A stretch of 54,229 bases of DNA from Abditibacteriaceae bacterium (GTDB lineage Bacteria > Armatimonadota > Abditibacteriia > Abditibacteriales > Abditibacteriaceae), in NCBI GenBank assembly GCA_031425655.1, contig JANPJS010000069.1:1-54229 (forward strand), written 5' to 3'. This document shows positions 28,758 through 36,202 of the stretch, piece after piece; the first letter of the stretch is position 1; every line of letters starts with the position of its first letter. The notes beneath the pieces were generated by a model. That model searched no databases, was not told the DNA's origin, and was given only the letters and a program-made list of their open reading frames with translations. Position numbers and translations under genes: made by a program.

Positions 28758-30931
28758 AGCAGGTTTTTCTGTCGGGCAAAGGCGAAATTGAAGTCTTGGA
28801 CGTTCCGGTTCCGGGACGCTCTTCCAACATGGTTTTGGTCAAGAGCGCGTATTCGGTCATCAGCACCGGGACGGAAGGCGCGGCGGTTTCGCGGCGCGGC
28901 GGCTGGCTCGGCGTCGCGGAAAAAGCGGCGCATTCGCGCGAGCGCGTGCAGCAAGTCTGGGATTTGGCGCGCGTTCAGGGCATCGGGCAAACCTGGGACA
29001 TGGTTCGCAATAAGTTGGACGATTACATCATGCCCGGCTACAGTTGCGCGGGCCAGGTCGTGGAAGTCGGCGGCGACGAATCGCCTTATCGTCCCGGCGA
29101 TCTCGTCGCTTGCTTCGGCGCCGGTTTCGCCACGCATTCCGAATACGTTGCCATGCCCACCAATTTGATGGCGCCGCTTCCCGCCGGGGTAGATTGTCAG
29201 GAAGCCGCTTTCGGCGCGATAGCCTGCATTGCCATGCAAGGCGTGCGGCGCCTTGAACTCACGCCGGGCGAAACCATCGGCGTTATCGGGTTGGGCCTGA
29301 TCGGGCAAATCGCGGTGCAATTGTTGACGGCGATGGGCTATCGCGCTGTGGGATTGGATTTATCGCCCGCGCGGGCCGCCAAAGCCGCAGAATTGGCCGG
29401 AATCGAAGCGTGGGGCGCGCAGGAAGCCGATAGCATTTATCGCGTGCAGGAACTGACGGGCGGGCGCGGTTTGGATGGCGTTATCGTCTGCGCTGCCAGC
29501 CGCAGCGACGGCATCATTAATCAGGCTTTCGATTTGTGCCGGCGGCGAGGGCGCGTTTCCCTTGTCGGCGACGTTGGTTTGGCTTTGCAGCGCGCCAAAA
29601 TGTATCAAAAAGAACTCGATTTGCGGATGTCCACTTCGTATGGGCCGGGCCGCTACGACGACGAATATGAGCTTCAAGGCCGCGATTATCCGCTCGCCCA
29701 TGTGCGTTGGACGGAACGGCGCAATTTAGAGCATTTTTTGTCGCTTCTTCAAGCCAAAAAGCTGCAATTGCAACCTTTAATGAGCCATTTGTGCCCGATT
29801 GACGACGCGGCGGCGGGTTATGCGCGCCTCAAGCAGGGCGATCAATCCACTTACGGCGTGCTTATTGATTACGGCCCTTTGCCCGAAAATCCGCAGCCGC
29901 CCAAACGCGAAGCGTATATCACACGGCGCGCGACGCCCGCAGCCGCGCAAGCGACATCGGGCGTTATTCAGCTTGGTGTTATCGGTTGCGGCGGTTTCGC
30001 TAAAGCGGTGCATTTACCCAATTTGGCGAAGCTGTCGTCGCTTTTCAAAATTCGCGGAGTCGCCACGCGCAGCGGCGGCAGCGCCGAAGTCGTGGCGCGC
30101 AAAAGCGGCGCAGACTTGGCCACCAGCGATTATAAAGTGCTGTTGGAAGATTCCGCCGTCAACGCCGTAATTATCTCGACGCGCCACGCCTCGCACGCGC
30201 GCATGGTTTTGGACGCGCTGGACGCCGGAAAACACGTTTTCGTCGAAAAGCCGATGTGCATCAGCGTCGAAGAAGGCCAGCGCATCGTTGAAAAAGCGAA
30301 ATCCACCGGATTAATCGTGCGCGTCGGTTTTAATCGCCGTTTCGCGCCTTATCTCAACACCATGCGCCAGGCCGTCGGCACGCAGGGAGCGCGCATTTTC
30401 ACTTGTCGCGTCAATATCGGCGCCATCGGCAACGATTGGAGCAACACGCCCGAAGAAGGAGGCCGATTGATGGGCGAAGGCGTGCATTTCTTCGATTTAT
30501 GCAACTGGTTTGCGGGCAGCGAGCCGGAGCGCATCACGGCTGTCGCTGCGGGCGAGGCTAAAGTGACGAATCCCAATATCCTGCTGCAAATCCATTATCC
30601 GAATCAATGCGTGGCGCAAGTGCTTTACACTTCGCTCGGCCATAAAGGCGCGGGCAAGGAATTTTTCGAGGCCTTCGGCAACGGGCGTGCGGCGCGCTGC
30701 GACGATTACAAAACGGTGGAAATTTCCGGCGCGCCTGCGGCCAAAAGCAAAAACGGCGGCAAAGGGCATCTCGAAGAATTGGAAGAATTCGCCGCCGCGA
30801 TTCAAAATCGGCCTTATCCTGTTGCCGGAGCCGATGCGCGGGCCGGTCTTGTCGCCACCTGGATGGCGACGGCGGCTTATCAAAGCGCGCAGGAAAACGC
30901 CACGGTTTTGAACCCGCTGGCGGAAGATTAA
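28754..30931 (+). CDS. Bi-domain oxidoreductase (MDR/Zn-ADH-like + Gfo/Idh/MocA), copy 1
   Basis: ISTGTE, GYSCAG, GLGLIG, SYGPGRYD, RWTERRN, then GCGGFA, HVFVEKP, GFNRRF, EGVHFFD. GTGA overlap with the upstream gene. Confidence 0.92.
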   Translation: MKQVFLSGKGEIEVLDVPVPGRSSNMVLVKSAYSVISTGTEGAAVSRRGGWLGVAEKAAHSRERVQQVWDLARVQGIGQTWDMVRNKLDDYIMPGYSCAGQVVEVGGDESPYRPGDLVACFGAGFATHSEYVAMPTNLMAPLPAGVDCQEAAFGAIACIAMQGVRRLELTPGETIGVIGLGLIGQIAVQLLTAMGYRAVGLDLSPARAAKAAELAGIEAWGAQEADSIYRVQELTGGRGLDGVIVCAASRSDGIINQAFDLCRRRGRVSLVGDVGLALQRAKMYQKELDLRMSTSYGPGRYDDEYELQGRDYPLAHVRWTERRNLEHFLSLLQAKKLQLQPLMSHLCPIDDAAAGYARLKQGDQSTYGVLIDYGPLPENPQPPKREAYITRRATPAAAQATSGVIQLGVIGCGGFAKAVHLPNLAKLSSLFKIRGVATRSGGSAEVVARKSGADLATSDYKVLLEDSAVNAVIISTRHASHARMVLDALDAGKHVFVEKPMCISVEEGQRIVEKAKSTGLIVRVGFNRRFAPYLNTMRQAVGTQGARIFTCRVNIGAIGNDWSNTPEEGGRLMGEGVHFFDLCNWFAGSEPERITAVAAGEAKVTNPNILLQIHYPNQCVAQVLYTSLGHKGAGKEFFEAFGNGRAARCDDYKTVEISGAPAAKSKNGGKGHLEELEEFAAAIQNRPYPVAGADARAGLVATWMATAAYQSAQENATVLNPLAED

Positions 30932-30933
30932 CC

Positions 30934-31203
30934 TGTAGGGGCGCAATATATTGCGCCCTCCCTGGCGTTTTCGAGCGCATGACAAGGGCGCAACAGGTTG
31001 CGCCCCATAGGCATCAAGCTAAGGCATCGTCCACTCGCTCCCCCGATTGAAATCGGGGGCTACGGCTACGAAGTCCGCCTTCGCGGACTCGAAACTTAGT
31101 CCGCGCAGGCGGACTTTGTAAGAATAGCGCCCCATTTTAATGGGGTGAGCACAGGCGAAATTCTTAAGTTGATGCCTATGGGCGCAACAGGTTGCGCCCC
31201 TAC
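30934..31203. repeat. GTAG-type REP doublet (REPIN) whose right REP is split by an inserted cassette
   Basis: GTAGGGGCGCAATATATTGCGCCC at 30935-30958. Inverted partner GGGCGCAACAGGTTGCGCCCC(TAC) occurs twice, at 30986-31006 and 31180-31203. Confidence 0.88.
31007..31179. mobile_element. MITE-like cassette, copy 1
   Basis: Terminal inverted repeats ATAGGCATCAAGCTAAG / CTTAAGTTGATGCCTAT, flanked by a 21-bp direct repeat. Near-identical inverted copy at 34364-34526. Confidence 0.8.
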
Positions 31204-31223
31204 TTGAATTGGAGTTTTTTCCC

Positions 31224-33152
31224 ATGTGTGGGATTTGTGGAATCGTCCGACTGAATACTTCATCCAGCCCGCCCATTGAGCCGGCCACGCTGGATGCCAT
31301 GACCGATAGCATGAGCCATCGCGGCCCCGATGGGCGCGGAACCTGGCTTTCTCCCGAAGGCGCCGTCGGTTTGGGCCATCGCCGCCTTGCCATCGTGGAT
31401 TTATCGCCCTTAGGCGCGCAGCCGATGAGCAATGAAGACGGCACCGTTCAGGTGACGTTTAACGGCGAAATTTACAATCACGTCGCGCTGCGGCACGATT
31501 TGGAAAACAAAGGCCACCATTTTCGCTCGCGCTCCGATACCGAAGTGCTGGTTCATCTTTACGAAGAATACGGCGTCGGCATGATTGAAAAGTTGGATGG
31601 AGACTTCGGCTTTGGCTTGTGGGACGGGCGCAACAAGAAATTGCTGATGGCGCGCGACCGGGCGGGCGTGAAGCCGGTTTATTACACGCAGGTTGGCGGG
31701 CAGTTTTTGTTTTCTTCGGAAATTCGCGCGCTTCTGGCGCATCCTTTGGTCAAGCGCGAAGTAGACAAAGAATCGCTGTATCATTACCTGACTTACTTGG
31801 TCGTTCCCGCGCCGAAAACCTTAGTGCGCAACATTTACAAGCTGCCCGCCGCCGCTGCGCTGGTGCTTGATCTCAAAGCGGCGAATCCCGAACCCAAAGT
31901 CTGGCAATTCTGGGAAGCTTTGCCGGGTCAGGCGCAGTTGGAAGACGATTTGGACGCTCAACTGCGCGATCTTTTCGAGCGTTCGGTCGAAAAGCGATTG
32001 ATGAGCGATGTGCCGGTCGGCGTGCTGTTTTCGGGCGGCGTGGATTCCACTCTGAACGCGGTTTATTTTCAACAGCGTGCCGGGGCGCAGCGCATTCGCA
32101 CTTATCATGTGGGAATGCCGGGCGCCGCCAATTTGCAGGACGAAAGCGAAACCGCGCGGGCGATGGCGAAGCATCTGGGAACCGAGCATTACGAAATCGC
32201 CATTACGGAAAAAGACCTGCTCGGCAGCGTCGAATCGCTGGCCAAATTTCAAGATGAGCCGGTTTCCGATCCGGTTTGTCTGCCGCTTTATTTCATCACC
32301 AAGCACGCGCGCGAAACCGGCACGATTGTGTTGCACGCCGGAGAAGGCGCCGATGAAATCTTTTGCGGTTACAGCAACTATCGTCGTTTTCTGGCGCAGC
32401 ACGAATCGCACTGGAAGCCGATGCAACGCCTTCCCAAACCGGTGAGCCGTGTGGCGGCATCGGCGCTGGGCCGCTCATCGGCGCCGCAGCACCGCAAAAT
32501 GGCCGACGCCCTGCGCCGTTTGGCACTGGGACAAGAGTTTTTCATGTCTTCGGCGGTCGGTTATTACGAAGACGAGAAACAAAGCGTTTTATCGCGCGAT
32601 TTTCGCCGTGCTTCCGCCAATTTGGATTCGTTCGATGCCGTCGCGCCGTATTACAAACGCTTGTCGGAAACGCATCCCAACGCTTCGGTTCTGGAGAAAA
32701 TGACCTTCGTGGAGTTGCAGCTTCGCTTGCCGGAATTGCTGCTGATGCGCGTGGATAAGATGGCGATGGCCAACTCCGTCGAGGTGCGCGTGCCGTTTTT
32801 AGATAGAGATTTAGTAGACTTTGCCTTGTCCGTGCCCGAATCTTTCAAGCTGCGCGACGGCATTTCCAAAGAGCCGGTGAAGCGTTTGGCGGCGCAATTC
32901 GTGGATCGAGAAGCGATTTATAACCCAAAACGCGGCTTCGGCGTGCCGATTCAGGATTGGTTTCGCGGCGATTTGGGCGATCATTTGCGCGATATGTTGG
33001 ACGATTCGCAGATGCAGGCCGGCGAGTATTTCGATACGAAAATGCTGAAGCACAACCTCGATCACGGGCTGAAAAGCGTCAACCAAGCCTTTCAATTGTG
33101 GGTTGTTTACAACTTTCTGCACTGGCAGCAGCATCTCACGCAAACTTCATGA
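31224..33152 (+). CDS. asnB: Asparagine synthase-like glutamine amidotransferase (polysaccharide amidation type)
   Basis: N-terminal MCGICG, HRGPD, GHRRLAIVD, NGEIYN, SGGVDS, GEGADE, E.RVPFLD. RBS GGAG at 31211. Confidence 0.93.
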   Translation: MCGICGIVRLNTSSSPPIEPATLDAMTDSMSHRGPDGRGTWLSPEGAVGLGHRRLAIVDLSPLGAQPMSNEDGTVQVTFNGEIYNHVALRHDLENKGHHFRSRSDTEVLVHLYEEYGVGMIEKLDGDFGFGLWDGRNKKLLMARDRAGVKPVYYTQVGGQFLFSSEIRALLAHPLVKREVDKESLYHYLTYLVVPAPKTLVRNIYKLPAAAALVLDLKAANPEPKVWQFWEALPGQAQLEDDLDAQLRDLFERSVEKRLMSDVPVGVLFSGGVDSTLNAVYFQQRAGAQRIRTYHVGMPGAANLQDESETARAMAKHLGTEHYEIAITEKDLLGSVESLAKFQDEPVSDPVCLPLYFITKHARETGTIVLHAGEGADEIFCGYSNYRRFLAQHESHWKPMQRLPKPVSRVAASALGRSSAPQHRKMADALRRLALGQEFFMSSAVGYYEDEKQSVLSRDFRRASANLDSFDAVAPYYKRLSETHPNASVLEKMTFVELQLRLPELLLMRVDKMAMANSVEVRVPFLDRDLVDFALSVPESFKLRDGISKEPVKRLAAQFVDREAIYNPKRGFGVPIQDWFRGDLGDHLRDMLDDSQMQAGEYFDTKMLKHNLDHGLKSVNQAFQLWVVYNFLHWQQHLTQTS

Positions 33153-34237
33153 AGAATTCGCACTTATCTCCATCGGAATCGCTGGCTTTCAGGCAGCAGG
33201 AAGCCACTTCGATGCCCAAATCAACCACTCCGTCACAAAGCGGAAGCACCGTGGCGCCGCGCGATCAACTGATTTACATCGCCGGCAGCGGGCATTCCGG
33301 CTCCACGCTGCTTGATATGATGTTGGGCGGCCACAGCCAAATTTCAAGCTTGGGCGAAGTGCATCGCCTGACTATGAATGCCTGCGCCAAAACCGATTTC
33401 GAGCTGCATCGCTGCACTTGCGGTTTGACTGTCGAAGCATGTCCGTTCTGGCAAAAAGTAGCGACTGAGCTTCAAAAACTGCTTGGCGTTGACGACCCGG
33501 ATATTTTCAAAAAGCACTGGATTACCGAACGGCGCAATCTTCAGCTTGACGACAGTTGGGACGCCTGGGAGCCGGTCAGCACCGGGCGCAATTTGTTCCG
33601 CCCTCGACTGCTGAACGTCGCTACGGCTGCCGGCAACCGCGCGGTGTGGCGATTGCTGGCGAATTTCAACCGCGAAGTGCGCGAGTATCGCAAAATCATT
33701 CGCAACAGCCTTGATGTTTACGAAGCGGTGCGGCGCGCTCATCAAACTCCCATCGTGATTGACTCGACGAAAAACGCCACGCGCCTTCAAGGCTTTAACA
33801 TGGAATCCGCGCCCAATCTGCGGGTGCTTTTTATGCTGCGCGACGGGCGCGCCGTGTGTTACTCGCGGATGCGCCGCCAGGAAGTTTCGATGGAAGTCGC
33901 GGCGCGCGTGTGGAAAGCCGAGCATTTGAAACAGCGCCTCGTGCATCGAAACATGGATAAGAGTTCGTTCCTGCGCGCCACTTATGAAGATTTATGCCGC
34001 GCACCGGAAGCCGAATTGCAGCGCATTTGCGCATGGCTGGGCGTGGAGTTTCAACCTTCGATGTTGGATTTTCGCGCGGATCGGCACAATTTAGGCGGCA
34101 ACCCGATGCGAATGCGTAGTCAGGAACGCACGATTCAACTCGATGAAAAATGGCGCCGCGAACTCAGCAGCAAAGATTTGGAAGAATTCGACAAAGTCGC
34201 CGGAGACCTCAACCGTGATTTAGGCTACACCGCTTGA
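33149..34237 (+). CDS. PAPS-dependent sulfotransferase (copy 1)
   Basis: 5'-PSB YIAGSGHSGSTLL, DSTK, 3'-PB RDGRAVCYS, YEDLC..PE. ATGA overlap with the asnB stop. Confidence 0.88.
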   Translation: MKNSHLSPSESLAFRQQEATSMPKSTTPSQSGSTVAPRDQLIYIAGSGHSGSTLLDMMLGGHSQISSLGEVHRLTMNACAKTDFELHRCTCGLTVEACPFWQKVATELQKLLGVDDPDIFKKHWITERRNLQLDDSWDAWEPVSTGRNLFRPRLLNVATAAGNRAVWRLLANFNREVREYRKIIRNSLDVYEAVRRAHQTPIVIDSTKNATRLQGFNMESAPNLRVLFMLRDGRAVCYSRMRRQEVSMEVAARVWKAEHLKQRLVHRNMDKSSFLRATYEDLCRAPEAELQRICAWLGVEFQPSMLDFRADRHNLGGNPMRMRSQERTIQLDEKWRRELSSKDLEEFDKVAGDLNRDLGYTA

Positions 34238-34261
34238 GTAGAAAAGAGAGTTTTGCGGTGT

Positions 34262-34551
34262 TGTAGGGGCGCAATCTATTGCGCCCTCGTCATGCGTCCC
34301 CACACTTTTAGCACTAGGCGACACGTTACGGATCGCAGCGGAGGGCGCAATAGATTGCGCCCCATAGGCATCAACTTAAGGAATTTCGCCTGTGCTCACC
34401 CCATTAAAATGGGGCGCTATTCTTACAACGTCCGCCTGCGCGGACTAATTTTCGAGTCCGCGAAGGCGGACTTCGTAGCCGTAGCCCCCGATTTCAATCG
34501 GGGGAGCGAGTGGACTTGATGCCTAGGGGCGCAATAGATTGCGCCCCTACA
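34262..34551. repeat. GTAG-type REP doublet (REPIN) whose right REP is split by an inserted cassette
   Basis: TGTAGGGGCGCAATCTATTGCGCCCTC at 34262-34288. Partner GGGCGCAATAGATTGCGCCCC occurs twice, at 34343-34363 and 34527-34547 (+TACA). Confidence 0.88.
34364..34526. mobile_element. MITE-like cassette, copy 2 (inverted relative to copy 1)
   Basis: Begins ATAGGCATCAACTTAAG and ends TTGATGCCTA. The ~150-bp core equals the reverse complement of 31029-31180 with 2 substitutions and 1 indel. Confidence 0.8.
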
Positions 34552-34594
34552 TTCACTGCTTCTCGTTCTCAGTTGTCATCAATTCACCTCGTTT

Positions 34595-36064
34595 ATGCTG
34601 CATCGTCCTCTTTCCCCACGAAACCCGCTTTTGTTAGACGCGCGTCCGCGCACGTTGAAGTCGCGCGCGGCGAAGGCTCAACAGGCGCCGTTGTCTGCGG
34701 CAATGCGCATCGAGCAGCGTCATCAAAAGCAGTTGGCGCGAGCGATCACTTACTGGGTTTTAGGCACTCTGCTCGGCGTATTGGTGCTCACGGCGCTCGG
34801 CCTGCTGCCCGGCGCGGTGGCCAACGTGATTCGCCTTTCGTCCGTTTGCGTTTTGCCGGGATTCGTCTTTCTTTCCACCTTGCGCCTCACGCGGGCTGTC
34901 GAACGCGGTAAATTCGCGCGTGCGCTCACCACATTTTTGATGGCGCCGCTGATTCTGCTGCCGGTAGTCAGCGTTATCAACAGCAATTTAGACACGAATC
35001 TGATTAGCAGCAGCGGCGGTTTCGACGCGGTTCTGCGCCTTATTCCCCTCGGTATTCACACCCTGAACATTTTGGTGCTTTTTCCGCGTCTGCTGGCGCA
35101 ATTTCAGGACGTGTCACCGTTCGTGGACTCCTTAGCGCGAGCCTATGTGAATATCTGCGCCGGACTGACGGTTTTGGCGATGATCTTCTGGGCCGCCGGA
35201 CTCAATCCGACTTTGCGATTGGGTTACCCGTTAGCGGCGGGCGTGTTCGCTTATTACATCGTCATTGCCTGGCTGGTTACGGTTACGGTATCTCCCAATA
35301 CATGGCTGAGTATTTTGTTCAGCATCGCCGTAGTCGCCTCCGGCTCGCGCACTTCGGCGGCCTTGCTGGGTATTTTCTTCCTGATTTTTGCGATTCAGCA
35401 TTCGCGCCGCACGCTCGTAATCTTAGCCTTAGCGATACTTGGCGTTTCCGTTTGGTATGCGCGCGATCCCGATGTGCTGCGCCCCTTTTTAGTCGAGCGA
35501 AGCGAAGTGACTTCGGGCCGGGGCCTGATCTGGAAAAAAGCTTTGATCATGATGCAAAGCAGTCCCGTCCTCGGATTCGGCGGGCCTCAAGAAGTTGATA
35601 TTTCCGAATATCTAACTGCAAAGGTGAAAGAAGAAGAAGGCGAAATCGGCACCCACAACGCTTTCATTGATGCTTCGCTGACTTACGGCGCGCCGTATGC
35701 GATCTGTCTTTACGTGGTCTGGATTGCCTACTTTTGGCCGCGCCGCGACCCGCGCATGGCACTCGATCCTCGAAAACGACAATTATACCGTTTGCAAGTC
35801 GGCTTGATGGTAGCTGTTGCCGCCAAATCTATGGTCACCAATACGTTTTGGATCAACATGGGCGATGCCGCAACGCTGTTCGCGTCCATGATGCTGCTGT
35901 GCCCGATTCGTAGATTCGGCCCGGAAATTTCGGCCCAACCTCTTCCTTCTCAACCTCTTCCGCCCGGCCCCGCTGCGCAACCACAGCAACGCCCGGCCAT
36001 TCCCCTCGCCCTTGCCGCCCCGCGCCGGCCTCAACGCTTTGAACGCAACCGAAAAGGCAGATAG
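34595..36064 (+). CDS. wzy: O-antigen ligase/polymerase family membrane protein (probable Wzy)
   Basis: Many TM segments, SGSRT, TSGRGLIW, HN motif (GTHNAFI). Lies within the EPS locus. Confidence 0.75.
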   Translation: MLHRPLSPRNPLLLDARPRTLKSRAAKAQQAPLSAAMRIEQRHQKQLARAITYWVLGTLLGVLVLTALGLLPGAVANVIRLSSVCVLPGFVFLSTLRLTRAVERGKFARALTTFLMAPLILLPVVSVINSNLDTNLISSSGGFDAVLRLIPLGIHTLNILVLFPRLLAQFQDVSPFVDSLARAYVNICAGLTVLAMIFWAAGLNPTLRLGYPLAAGVFAYYIVIAWLVTVTVSPNTWLSILFSIAVVASGSRTSAALLGIFFLIFAIQHSRRTLVILALAILGVSVWYARDPDVLRPFLVERSEVTSGRGLIWKKALIMMQSSPVLGFGGPQEVDISEYLTAKVKEEEGEIGTHNAFIDASLTYGAPYAICLYVVWIAYFWPRRDPRMALDPRKRQLYRLQVGLMVAVAAKSMVTNTFWINMGDAATLFASMMLLCPIRRFGPEISAQPLPSQPLPPGPAAQPQQRPAIPLALAAPRRPQRFERNRKGR

Positions 36065-36202
36065 TCGCACGAACTTCACAACAACGGGCACGTCTGAGGC
36101 CATCCAAGCGTCGGGTGGCGTTGGCGGTTACGCCGCGTCGTTAACAAAGCGAGCATCCCCCTTGTATTTTTGTAAAGCCGTATGAAGCATTAGGAAAGCG
36201 AT

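Noticed and set aside
31019..31444. 141-aa minus-strand ORF and the matching 88-aa ORF at 34253-34519
   Set aside because: The shared peptide merely reflects the repeated non-coding cassette. There are no transposase motifs, and the first ORF is antisense to asnB.
32957..33148. Long N-terminal extension of sulfotransferase 1
   Set aside because: It overlaps asnB by about 190 bp; the ATGA-coupled start at 33149 fits better.
30934..34551. CRISPR array interpretation of the repeated 21-bp palindromes
   Set aside because: Only two direct copies per locus, the intervening ~165 bp is the same at both loci rather than a unique spacer, and there are no cas genes.
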